From positions 1-28,085 of the IMG/VR virus record IMGVR_UViG_3300049982_000030: DNA of 28,085 bases. One strand, given 5' to 3'. The notes below the pieces were generated by a model. That model did no database searches and was not told the origin of the DNA. It saw nothing but the letters and a program-made list of their open reading frames with translations. Positions 8,052 through 16,539 of the stretch are shown here, piece after piece. The translations under genes were made by a program, and so were the position numbers. The DNA comes from a virus. Taxonomy: Duplodnaviria; Caudoviricetes. Numbering within the stretch: the first letter of the stretch is position 1; the number at the start of each line of letters is the position of its first letter.

Positions 8052-9370
8052 CGGACCTTCAGGTGGTGTCCCTCTTCGCCGGGATCGGCGGCATCGACCG
8101 CGGCCTCGAACTCGCCGGCGCATCCACCGCACTCCTGTGCGAGAAGGACAAACACGCCCGCAACATTCTCGCCCGCCACTACCCACAGGCGGTCATCCAC
8201 AACGACGTAACGGAGCTCACCGCCGATGACTGCCGAGCAGCTGGAGCTGTACCCGGACGAACCGTCCTCACCGCTGGCTGGCCATGCCAAGGCAACTCCG
8301 TGGCGGGCGCTCGTGGGGGCATGGACGATCCACGCTCAGGTCTGTGGTCGCATGTCGTGCGCCTGCTGGCTGAACACCGTCCCGCCTGGTTCATCGGTGA
8401 GAACGTGCCTGGTCTTCTCTCCGTCAACGACGGACGAGACTTCTCCATCGTCGTTCACGACCTGGCCCGCCTCGGGTATGGGTTCACCTGGCGGGTTCTG
8501 GACGCTCGACACTTCGGAGTCCCCCAACGGCGCCGTCGCGTCGTCATTGTCGGACGTCTTGGAGACACCGGGGCCGCAGCTGCACAAGTACTACTTGAGC
8601 CCGAAGGCCTGTCAGGGAATCCTGCGGAGGGCATCGAACCGCGGCCGCGTCTTGCCGGCGATGCTCGAGAGAGCGTTAAGGCTGGTCGCTGGCACGCAGA
8701 CATAGCGCCGACGCTCAGCGCGCCCAGCGGAGGGAGCCGCCGGTACGGCACCGACGCAGACACTGCCGAGTCGCTGGTGGTGGTTGGGATCCTCGGAGAC
8801 CAGACCCACACCCTGACCGCAGAAGGTCACGATGCCAGTGAAGACGGCACGGGGCGCGGCACACCGGTCATCGCCTACGCGCCCACCTTCGTGCCGGCTC
8901 TGACCACGCGATCCGGCAACACCCAGGATGACCAGCAGACCGGGCAGGTTGTCGCCTTCGATCTACGCGGCCGGGACGAGGGAGCGCTGCCCGAGGTCCA
9001 CCGCGACGGCTCCACCGTCGGGAGTCTCCGCGCGGCCGGAGGTGGCTCCTCGCGGGACTACATCGCGTTCGCTGAGAACCAGCGCGGCGAACTGGCGATC
9101 AACCCGACTATGCCAGCGCTCAAGGTCGGCGGCGGGAAACCGGGTCAGGGTTACCCGGCTGTCACTGACGGCATGATCGTCCGCCGCCTCAGCCCGCGGG
9201 AGTGCGAGCGCCTCCAGGGCCTCCCTGACGGATGGACCGAGGGTCAGGCCGACTCGCAGCGTTACAAGCAGCTCGGCAACAGCGTCGCCGTACCCGTCTT
9301 CGAATGGGTCGGACGCCGGCTCGTGGCCGTCGACAACCAACTCAACGCACCGGTCCTGAAGGGGGCCTGA
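8048..9370 (+). CDS. DNA (cytosine-5) methyltransferase
   Basis: Motif I LFAGIGG, IV GWPCQG, VI ENVPG, VIII PQRRRR, IX RRLSPRECERLQG, X YKQLGNSVAVP. Confidence 0.96.
   Translation: MTDLQVVSLFAGIGGIDRGLELAGASTALLCEKDKHARNILARHYPQAVIHNDVTELTADDCRAAGAVPGRTVLTAGWPCQGNSVAGARGGMDDPRSGLWSHVVRLLAEHRPAWFIGENVPGLLSVNDGRDFSIVVHDLARLGYGFTWRVLDARHFGVPQRRRRVVIVGRLGDTGAAAAQVLLEPEGLSGNPAEGIEPRPRLAGDARESVKAGRWHADIAPTLSAPSGGSRRYGTDADTAESLVVVGILGDQTHTLTAEGHDASEDGTGRGTPVIAYAPTFVPALTTRSGNTQDDQQTGQVVAFDLRGRDEGALPEVHRDGSTVGSLRAAGGGSSRDYIAFAENQRGELAINPTMPALKVGGGKPGQGYPAVTDGMIVRRLSPRECERLQGLPDGWTEGQADSQRYKQLGNSVAVPVFEWVGRRLVAVDNQLNAPVLKGA
8226..8705 (+). CDS. Nested +1-frame ORF, putative C5-methyltransferase beta subunit
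   Basis: 159 aa fully inside the MTase gene; GGAG upstream; C-terminal SSLSDVLE...KYYLSPKACQGILRRASNRGRVLP.MLERAL is MTase-like; host-frame codon usage is distorted over the overlap. Confidence 0.72.
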   Translation: MTAEQLELYPDEPSSPLAGHAKATPWRALVGAWTIHAQVCGRMSCACWLNTVPPGSSVRTCLVFSPSTTDETSPSSFTTWPASGMGSPGGFWTLDTSESPNGAVASSLSDVLETPGPQLHKYYLSPKACQGILRRASNRGRVLPAMLERALRLVAGTQT

Positions 9371-9375
9371 TTCCT

Positions 9376-9651
9376 ATGCAACGCAACGAGATGAACCCGC
9401 GCCACTGGCGCGACTTCCTCGCCGTACTCGACACCGTCGAACGTGGCCGCGAGGTATCCAGCAACCACCTCCGCGACCTGCTCGCGGCAGCCGACATCCC
9501 CGAGAAGTCCCGCGGCGGACTGTTCGCTCAGGCTGCGAGCCAGGGCTACCTGAAGCGGGTCCGGTACGAGCCGTCCACCGGCGACACGGCCAACCGCTCG
9601 GTGATCTGCATCTACAAGCGCACACGCCAGCAAGGACCGGTGGCCGCATGA
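9376..9651 (+). CDS. Hypothetical protein, probable winged helix
   Basis: Helical N-terminus then GGLFAQAASQGYLKRV...IYKRT; coupled to thyX. Confidence 0.65.
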   Translation: MQRNEMNPRHWRDFLAVLDTVERGREVSSNHLRDLLAAADIPEKSRGGLFAQAASQGYLKRVRYEPSTGDTANRSVICIYKRTRQQGPVAA

Positions 9652-10364
9652 CCACCATCACGATCCACAGCGACGTCGACGTGCAACTCGTCGAGTCAAT
9701 GGCATCCGACAAGGCCGTCGCCGACGCCGCCCGGGTCAGCGTGATCGGCGACGAGACCCTGACCCGCGAGGTCGACACTGCCGCCGACGCCGGACTGATC
9801 GGCTACCTGATGAAGAACCGGCACGGCACCCCGTTCGAGCACAACGCCTTCAAGTTCTACGTCAAGGCACCGATCTTCGTCTTCCGCGAGTTCCACCGCC
9901 ACCGTGTCGGGTTCTCCTACAACGAGATGTCCGGCCGCTACACCGAACTGCCGGGAGAGTTCTACATCCCCGCCGCCGACCGGCCGCTCGTTCAGAAGGG
10001 CAAGCCGGGCGCCTACGAGTTCGTCACCGGCAGCCATGACCAGCACCTGACCATGCACTGGTCGATCCACCGCGCCTACGAGACGGCCTGGGTTGTCTAC
10101 CAGGACCTGCTCAAGCAGGGCATCGCCAAAGAGGTCGCCCGCATGGTGCTCCCGGTCGGGATCTTCAGCCAGATGTACGTCACCTGCAACGCCCGGTCGC
10201 TGATGTCGTTCCTCAGCCTCCGCACCAAGGACGCCTCCAGCACGTTCCCGTCATACCCGCAGCAGGAGATCGAGATGGTCGCCCGCCGCATGGAGAACGC
10301 CCTCGCCGAGGCGATGCCCATCACCCACCACCACTTCCAGAAGAACGGGAGGGTCGCGCCGTGA
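9648..10364 (+). CDS. thyX: Flavin-dependent thymidylate synthase
   Basis: AARVS, HGTPFEH, ThyX signature RHRVGFSYNEMSGRY, EVARMVLP, NARSLMSFLSLR. Confidence 0.96.
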   Translation: MTTITIHSDVDVQLVESMASDKAVADAARVSVIGDETLTREVDTAADAGLIGYLMKNRHGTPFEHNAFKFYVKAPIFVFREFHRHRVGFSYNEMSGRYTELPGEFYIPAADRPLVQKGKPGAYEFVTGSHDQHLTMHWSIHRAYETAWVVYQDLLKQGIAKEVARMVLPVGIFSQMYVTCNARSLMSFLSLRTKDASSTFPSYPQQEIEMVARRMENALAEAMPITHHHFQKNGRVAP

Positions 10365-10606
10365 CCGACCAGTTGAAACTCCGCGACGGCGACCAGCCGC
10401 TGCCCGTCAAGAACGATGCTCCCGACATCCAGTCGCAGGTCATCGCCGACATCCAAGCCCGACGTCTCGTCGGGATCTCGCGGTATGGCACCGCGCTCCA
10501 GCCGAACAACGGCCGCGACATGCTCCTCGACGCCTACGAGGAAGCGATGGATCTCACCATCTACCTCAAGGGCTGCCTCGTCGAGCGGGACGGCGGTGCG
10601 GCATGA
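10361..10606 (+). CDS. Small all-alpha NTP pyrophosphatase (MazG-like)
   Basis: R...G..RYG..L...NGRD.LLDAYEEAMDLTIYL with EExxD metal-binding motif. Confidence 0.6.
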   Translation: MTDQLKLRDGDQPLPVKNDAPDIQSQVIADIQARRLVGISRYGTALQPNNGRDMLLDAYEEAMDLTIYLKGCLVERDGGAA

Positions 10607-11352
10607 CCAAGCTCAACGACACCGCCAACAAGGGCCGTGAGTCCATCTTGCCGCCGGTCGCCGACATCGCGGCCGAGATCCGCAAGGGCGCCGAAGTAGG
10701 AGCGATCTGCATCCAGTACGGCGTCTCCCGGTCGACCCTGCAGAACCGGTTCCATGTTGCCGGGTACACGCTCTCGACCGGCGAGCCGCACGCTCCGCGC
10801 CACGACCGCCCGGCCCCGCTCGAGTCCCAGCATGTCGGCGCAGGCGGCCAGCACGTCGGAGGCGGCGACTACCAAGGCCTGCCCACCACCGCCGTCAAGT
10901 ACCGCGGCGCGACGCGGCGCTCCAGTATCGACTGGGACCAGATCACCGAGCAGTACGTCGCAGCCGGCGGACAGGTGGACGCCAGCGTGTGGCCCCAGCA
11001 CGGCAAGGTCGTCGTCATCGGCAGCAACAGCGCCCGGTCCTCCCGCGCGAACATCCACAGCTTCGAGGAAGCCACCGAGTACAAGGAACCCGCCGCGCCC
11101 AAGGACAAGCCGGCCAAGAAGCCGCGGGCACGGAAGAAGGCCGCGACGTCCGCGATGCCGACCATCTACCAGGTCCAGCCCGAACAACGCCCCGAGATCC
11201 GGCGCCGCTACGAAGCGCTCGAGACCATCGCCGACATCGCCCTGGACCTCGACGTCAGCGCAGGCTCCATCCGGTACGCGATCGAGAAGGCCGGCGGACG
11301 CATCCGGTCGAAGAAGGAAGCCGCCGCGCTTCGACTGGGGAACGCGTCATGA
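10603..11352 (+). CDS. Protein with two HTH domains
   Basis: N-terminal ICIQYGVSRSTLQNRF and C-terminal TIADIALDLDVSAGSIRYAI, joined by a Lys/Ala/Pro linker. Confidence 0.7.
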   Translation: MTKLNDTANKGRESILPPVADIAAEIRKGAEVGAICIQYGVSRSTLQNRFHVAGYTLSTGEPHAPRHDRPAPLESQHVGAGGQHVGGGDYQGLPTTAVKYRGATRRSSIDWDQITEQYVAAGGQVDASVWPQHGKVVVIGSNSARSSRANIHSFEEATEYKEPAAPKDKPAKKPRARKKAATSAMPTIYQVQPEQRPEIRRRYEALETIADIALDLDVSAGSIRYAIEKAGGRIRSKKEAAALRLGNAS

Positions 11353-12005
11353 GAGCCGACGACCCGCGCCACGGCAGCAACGCCGGATACATCCAGCACT
11401 GCCTGCAGAAGGTCGACTCCTGCCAGCCGTGCCGCACCGCACACAACGAACACAAGCGCGCAGTCCGTGCACGGAAGCAACGCGAAGGACTCGACCGGTT
11501 CCGCATCGACCCCACCGGCACACGCCGCCGGATCCGCGCCCTCATCCGCATGGGCTGGCGCTACACCGACATGGACCGCTGGCTCGGCAATCGGGCTCCG
11601 AGCACCCACAACATCAACCGCAGCGACACTATGCATGTACACACTGACACCGCCGCGGCCGTGAAACGGATGTACGACGCCCTGTCGATGCAGCTCGGGC
11701 CATCGGAACGGAACCGTGCCGTGGCAGCCCGACGCGGCTGGCCAAGCCCACTTGCCTGGGACGACGACACGATCGACGACCCCAAGGCGCGACCCGCAGG
11801 AGTCCGGGGCAGCGGACGCCCACACAGGCACGAGGTCGACGAGGTCGCGGTACTGCGCGCCATTCGCGGCGACCGCAGTATCGCCCTCACCACCGCCGAA
11901 CGCGCCGAAGTGTCCCGCAGGCTACGCGCCGCGGGCTGGTCATTCGCCGCGATCGAAGCCCACACCGGCCTCAAGGCCGACCGGTACCTGGAGGTGGCCG
12001 CATGA
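11349..12005 (+). CDS. Zn-binding plus HTH DNA-binding protein
   Basis: HGSNAGY..H...CQPCRTA, then GTRRRIRALIRMGW, GWPSPLAWDDDTIDDP and a C-terminal HTH; familiar actinophage early protein. Confidence 0.75.
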   Translation: MRADDPRHGSNAGYIQHCLQKVDSCQPCRTAHNEHKRAVRARKQREGLDRFRIDPTGTRRRIRALIRMGWRYTDMDRWLGNRAPSTHNINRSDTMHVHTDTAAAVKRMYDALSMQLGPSERNRAVAARRGWPSPLAWDDDTIDDPKARPAGVRGSGRPHRHEVDEVAVLRAIRGDRSIALTTAERAEVSRRLRAAGWSFAAIEAHTGLKADRYLEVAA

Positions 12006-12256
12006 CGCACGCAGCACTCCCGGGCGGGTGGCGGGCCATCACGCTCCAGGACATCGTCCGCGGTGAAGAACCGCTCGAGCGCGGCCTCCACAACGTCGGC
12101 CTCCGTGGCACCGAGAAGGCGAAGGCCGAGCAGGACCTGGCCGAAGCGCGCGCCTCGTACCTCGCCGGCGACGTGACCACCGCGCTGGCAGTGGCCGCGA
12201 GTATCGCCGAGGAACTCCAGACGACACGGCAGCCAGGAAGGGGAGCGGCCGCGTGA
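12002..12256 (+). CDS. Hypothetical protein
   Basis: Coupled at both ends; SD GGAGG. Confidence 0.6.
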   Translation: MTHAALPGGWRAITLQDIVRGEEPLERGLHNVGLRGTEKAKAEQDLAEARASYLAGDVTTALAVAASIAEELQTTRQPGRGAAA

Positions 12257-13008
12257 TGCCGTACTACGCCGACGACTCTGTCACGCTGTATCACGGCGAT
12301 TTCCGCGAGTTGCTGCCCATCCTCGCGATCACCGCTGACCTCATCGTCGCTGACCCGCCCTACGGTGAAACCTCACTCGACTGGGACAGCTGGATCGACG
12401 GCTGGCCCTCAATGCTCACGCCGTACTCCAATGCGATGTGGTGCACCGGCTCCATGCGCATGTTCATGGACCATCGAGACGAGTTCGCCAACTGGAAGCT
12501 CTCACAGGACATCGTGTGGGAGAAGCACAACGGCTCCGGGCTACACGCCGACCGGTTCCGCCGCGTCCATGAGTTCGGGCTTTTCTGGTATCAGGGCAGC
12601 TGGGACTCGCTCCACCACGTGACACCCACAGTGGACCAAGCCGTTCGCAGAACCCGGCGATCGAAGCGTCGCCCGCCACACCTTGGGCACATCGACGCAT
12701 CACCGTACTCCAGCGAGGACGGCGGGCCACTGCTCATGACCTCGGTCATCTTCGCCCCCTCGATGCATGGCCGCGCCATCAACGAGACCGAGAAGCCCAC
12801 CGCGCTGCTCGAGCCCCTGATCTCCTACGCATGCCCTGTCGGCGGTCTGGTGCTCGACCCGTTCGCCGGGTCATCGTCCACTCTCGATGCCGCTCGCAAC
12901 CTTGGTCGGCGCGCGGTCGGAATCGAGAAGCGCGAGAGCCAGTGCGAGAAGGCAGCCAACCGGCTCTCGCAAGGCGTCCTGATGTTCGAGGACGGTGGTG
13001 CCGCGTGA
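12253..13008 (+). CDS. DNA N4-cytosine/N6-adenine methyltransferase (beta class)
   Basis: TLYHGD, DPPY catalytic motif, then TEKP and VLDPFAGSSST SAM-binding motif. Confidence 0.93.
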   Translation: MMPYYADDSVTLYHGDFRELLPILAITADLIVADPPYGETSLDWDSWIDGWPSMLTPYSNAMWCTGSMRMFMDHRDEFANWKLSQDIVWEKHNGSGLHADRFRRVHEFGLFWYQGSWDSLHHVTPTVDQAVRRTRRSKRRPPHLGHIDASPYSSEDGGPLLMTSVIFAPSMHGRAINETEKPTALLEPLISYACPVGGLVLDPFAGSSSTLDAARNLGRRAVGIEKRESQCEKAANRLSQGVLMFEDGGAA

Positions 13009-13523
13009 TGACCATCGGCAACATCAAGGCCGCCGCCGCGGTCGTCCGCACCATCCGCGAGGACTGGGACCAGCGCGCCGTCACCGACCAAGTCAACACG
13101 CTGGCCGCCGAATACAACCACCGCGACGTCGTCTACGCCTGCATCACCATCGCCGAAGACCTCAACAACCGGGCCCCGATCACCCTGTCAATCAAGGCCG
13201 CCGACGTCATCGCGAAGCTGCACGAGAAGACAAAGATGCCGCGCATGTTCTCAGCCGGCCGGCGCGACGACGCGTTCCTGTGCGACACGTGCAGCAAGAC
13301 CGAATCGAACTGCATGTCCGCCGCGACGAACCTCGACGGGTGCGACCACCTGTTCAAGTCGATCCGGCAAGCCGAAGCCGAACGCGAGAAGCAGCGCCTC
13401 GTCAACAGCCCTGAGCGGATGGAGGCGAAGGCCGAGTTCGCCCGCCACAAAGGCGACCTGTTCGCCATGCCCGCCGACATCGACCAGCCACAACACCCCG
13501 AACCCGAACAGGAATCAGCATGA
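13008..13523 (+). CDS. Hypothetical protein, possibly replication-associated
   Basis: TGATG overlap (alternative GTG 13005); helical domain IREDWD...NRAP plus CDTC...C...CDH. Confidence 0.65.
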   Translation: MTIGNIKAAAAVVRTIREDWDQRAVTDQVNTLAAEYNHRDVVYACITIAEDLNNRAPITLSIKAADVIAKLHEKTKMPRMFSAGRRDDAFLCDTCSKTESNCMSAATNLDGCDHLFKSIRQAEAEREKQRLVNSPERMEAKAEFARHKGDLFAMPADIDQPQHPEPEQESA

Positions 13524-14266
13524 GCACGACGATCGAGTGGACCGAGACGGTCTGGAATCCAACCACCGGATGCGACCGGATCTCGGCCGGGTGCGACAAC
13601 TGCTACGCCCTCAAGATGGCCAAGCGGCTCAAGGGCATGGGGTCGGCCAAGTACCAGACCGACGGCGACCCACGTACCAGCGGCCCGGGCTTCGGAGTCG
13701 CGATACACCCGGACGCACTGACGATCCCGCTCCGGTGGCGCAAGCCGCGGACCGTGTTCGTCAACTCGATGTCGGACCTGTTCCACGCCCGCGTCCCGCG
13801 CGACTTCGTTGCTCAGGTGTTCGACGTGATGGCATCCACACCGCAGCACACCTACCAGATCCTCACAAAGCGGCCAGAGCGGGCCAGGCGCGTCCTGGCA
13901 AGTTTGGCCCCGACCCCGCTGCCCAACGTCTGGCTCGGCACCAGCATCGAATCCGACGATCACGTGCGCCGTGCCGACGCCCTCCGCAACACCCCGGCCG
14001 CCATCCGGTTCATCTCCGCTGAGCCGCTACTTGGACCGCTTCCGTCGCTCGACCTGACGGGCATCGACTGGCTGATCGCTGGTGGCGAGTCCGGTCCGGC
14101 CGCGCGCCCGATGCAGGACGAGTGGGTGCGGGATCTCCGCGACCGCTGCCGTGATGCGGGAACCGCCTTCTTCTTCAAGCAATGGGGAGGGCGCACTCCC
14201 AAGGCCAACGGTCGCGCGCTCGACGGCCGCACCCACGACGCGTACCCGGTGCCCGCCACCGCCTGA
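13520..14266 (+). CDS. DUF5131 / phage Gp37-Gp68 radical-SAM-like protein
   Basis: IEWT..VWNPTTGCDRISAGCDNCYA (Cx6Cx2C), FVNSMSDLFH, QILTKRP, GGESG, FFFKQWGG. Confidence 0.92.
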   Translation: MSTTIEWTETVWNPTTGCDRISAGCDNCYALKMAKRLKGMGSAKYQTDGDPRTSGPGFGVAIHPDALTIPLRWRKPRTVFVNSMSDLFHARVPRDFVAQVFDVMASTPQHTYQILTKRPERARRVLASLAPTPLPNVWLGTSIESDDHVRRADALRNTPAAIRFISAEPLLGPLPSLDLTGIDWLIAGGESGPAARPMQDEWVRDLRDRCRDAGTAFFFKQWGGRTPKANGRALDGRTHDAYPVPATA

Positions 14267-14298
14267 CCACGGCACCACCAAGACGCGAGGAGCGCCTG

Positions 14299-14676
14299 AT
14301 GCCCTACCTGATGATGGACGACAACTTCGCCGACCACCCCAAAATCGAGGGGCTGTCCGACGGCGCGTTCCGTCTCCACGTCGCAGCCATGTGCTACGCC
14401 GCGAAGTTCCTCACCGACGGCGCAATCCCCGCGGTGCGCGTCGCGCGCCTCGCACCCCGGTACAGGCCGGCGCTGCTCAAGGAACTGCTCAAGGCGGGGC
14501 TGTGGGTCGAGCACGACCAGGACTACAAGATCCACGACTACCTGCAGTGGAACAAGCCCCGCACCTGGTGGCAGAAGGAGCGTGCAGCGGCAGCCGAACG
14601 GCAGCGTGTGCACCGCGAGAAGAAGGCCCGCGAACGACGCGAAGCCGAGGAACGCGACGGTGATCCAGATGCGTGA
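14299..14676 (+). CDS. Replication initiator-like winged-helix protein (N-terminal domain only)
   Basis: SD GAGGAG; DDNFADHPKI..LSDGAFRL...TDG...L..AGLW...IHDY..WN...AERQRVHR matches actinophage RepA-like N-termini. Confidence 0.75.
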   Translation: MPYLMMDDNFADHPKIEGLSDGAFRLHVAAMCYAAKFLTDGAIPAVRVARLAPRYRPALLKELLKAGLWVEHDQDYKIHDYLQWNKPRTWWQKERAAAAERQRVHREKKARERREAEERDGDPDA

Positions 14677-14840
14677 GTCACCCCGTATGTCACGCCGTGA
14701 CAAACGCCGAACCAACGGTGTGAGTCACCCCCACCCAGACCAGACCAGACCAGAGAAGTACTTAACTCACCTCTGCTTGTGGTCCAGGTTTAGGGGTTTT
14801 TCAGTCCAAGACTTTGATCGAAAACGCCACTACCTAACAC
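14673..14840. repeat. Putative replication origin
   Basis: GTGAGTCACCCC twice (14673, 14720), palindrome TGTCAC-GCC-GTGACA (14688-14702), CCAGA x4 (14735-14754), then a visibly AT-richer tract. Confidence 0.6.
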
Positions 14841-14854
14841 GCGAGGGGCACAGG

Positions 14855-15238
14855 ATGAGCACCGAAAACGAGACGGAAACCGAGGCGAAGTCGTTCGCCC
14901 AGATGCAGTCTGAGATCCGCGAAGTGAACGTCGCGAACGGCTGGTACGACGGAGCCGAGCGTCCCTTCGGTGACGACGTCTCGCTCCTGCACTCGGAGGT
15001 CTCCGAGATGTACGAGGCGTTCCGGCAGTGGGGTCTGGACGACGCCACCGTGCAGGAAAGTGCACGCGGTACGGGGCAGCCGCCGAAGCCGGAGGGTGTA
15101 GGTAGCGAAGCCGCTGATGTGCTGATCCGGCTGCTCGACACCTGCGACCGGCACGGCATCGACCTGGGCGCCGAGTACGAGCGGAAGCTCGCACACAACC
15201 GGACCCGCGGCTACCGACACGGAGGGAAGCGCGTATGA
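14855..15238 (+). CDS. MazG-like nucleotide pyrophosphohydrolase
   Basis: LLHSEVSEMYE...EAADVLIRLLD...K...NRTR..RHG; SD GAGGGG before ATG 14855. Confidence 0.88.
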   Translation: MSTENETETEAKSFAQMQSEIREVNVANGWYDGAERPFGDDVSLLHSEVSEMYEAFRQWGLDDATVQESARGTGQPPKPEGVGSEAADVLIRLLDTCDRHGIDLGAEYERKLAHNRTRGYRHGGKRV

Positions 15239-15567
15239 CCACGCCCGCTGGCCAGCTCTGCGGCTGCCCGATCTTCACCACCCACACCACCCACGGCAAC
15301 CCCTGGTGCCAATGCGGACACCAGTACGCGGCGCACACCAGCCCCGGCGCGGCCTGCACCATGACCGCGGGCGGCGAGCAGGCACCCGACTCCGAGCACC
15401 GTCCCACCGGGATCCGCTCCACAGATGTGGGCCCGTTCATCCGCTGCTCCTGCGGCAGCAACCCCACCCCGCACTACTGGCTCAAGGCCCACTGGCCCGG
15501 CGGCAAGAGCGAGGGCGAGCGGCTCCTGCGAGAGCTTGCCAGCGAGATCGAAGGTGCCAAGTCATGA
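15235..15567 (+). CDS. Cys/His-rich hypothetical protein
   Basis: CGC, CQCGH..AAH, CSCG...H; coupled at both ends. Confidence 0.6.
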   Translation: MTTPAGQLCGCPIFTTHTTHGNPWCQCGHQYAAHTSPGAACTMTAGGEQAPDSEHRPTGIRSTDVGPFIRCSCGSNPTPHYWLKAHWPGGKSEGERLLRELASEIEGAKS

Positions 15568-16196
15568 CTACCGACGCCCCCGACGAAAGCCGTGACGAGC
15601 GGTTCTGCGGCGCCCGGAAACGGCAGGGCGAGGGGACCTGTACGCAGCCTGCTGGTTGGGGCACGGACCATGTCGGGATCGGCTCGTGCAAGCTGCACGG
15701 CGGGTCGATGCAGAACCACAAGACGGCGGCGATCACGACGCAGGCGAAGCGTGACGTGGTGCTGTTCGGTGCGCGCCGTGATGTGCATCCGGCTGATGCG
15801 CTGCTGGAGTTGGTGCAGTGGACGGCCGGCGAGGTGGATTACTGGCGGCACCGGGTGCGGCTGCTGGAGGAGCATGAGCTGACGTGGGGTGTGACGCGGG
15901 TCAAGGAGGGCGGGGATGACCGGGGGACGACTGAGGAGGCGAAGCCGAACGTCGCGTACGTGATGCTGGTGGACGCGAGTAACCGGCTGGAGCGGTACTC
16001 GGCGAGCGCCCTGAAGGCCGGTGTCGACGAGCGCAGGGTGCGGCTGGCGGAGCAGCAGGGGACGTTGCTGCATGGCGTGCTGGTGGCGGTGTTGGGCGAG
16101 TTGGGGCATGACGTGGCGCCGGGGTCGGTGGCGGCGCAGGTGATCCTGCGGCACATGGCCCCGCTGCGGGAGCTCGAGCCGGACGGTGCGGCGTGA
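15564..16196 (+). CDS. HGG-motif protein, candidate terminase small subunit
   Basis: CGARKRQG...C...AGWGTDH.G.GSCKLHGG, helical body, ALKAGVDERRVRLAEQQG; resembles actinophage genes usually placed directly before TerL. Confidence 0.65.
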   Translation: MTTDAPDESRDERFCGARKRQGEGTCTQPAGWGTDHVGIGSCKLHGGSMQNHKTAAITTQAKRDVVLFGARRDVHPADALLELVQWTAGEVDYWRHRVRLLEEHELTWGVTRVKEGGDDRGTTEEAKPNVAYVMLVDASNRLERYSASALKAGVDERRVRLAEQQGTLLHGVLVAVLGELGHDVAPGSVAAQVILRHMAPLRELEPDGAA

Positions 16197-16378
16197 GTGG
16201 CCAGATCGTGCGCCAGGGGAAGCATGAGTGCCAGACCCTGTCGGACAACTACGAGAACGGCACTATCTGGCGCTGCGACTGCGGCCGGTACTGGCGGCTG
16301 AGGACCTACCTGAACCCGGACTTCAACGGCTGGCGGCGGATCTTCTGGCTCGGCCGGAAGCTACGGAGGCTGCCGTGA
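16193..16378 (+). CDS. Small Zn-ribbon-like protein
   Basis: HEC...GTIWRCDCGRYW; GTGA overlap. Confidence 0.6.
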   Translation: MSGQIVRQGKHECQTLSDNYENGTIWRCDCGRYWRLRTYLNPDFNGWRRIFWLGRKLRRLP

Positions 16379-16539
16379 GGCCCCGCACCTGCGAGCATCG
16401 CCTGACCCGTGGCCGTGCCCGCCGTGTCTGGGACGCGGTCCGCCGCCGCCACACCCGGCATGTCTGCGACCGGGTCCGCTCGTTCCGCCATGAGCACATC
16501 GGGCGGCACGTCTGCGGATGCGGGGTGAAGTGGGCATGA
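16375..16539 (+). CDS. Small Arg/His/Cys-rich protein
   Basis: SD GGAGG and GTGA/ATGA overlaps at both ends; C...HVC...H...HVCGCG. Confidence 0.5.
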   Translation: MRPRTCEHRLTRGRARRVWDAVRRRHTRHVCDRVRSFRHEHIGRHVCGCGVKWA

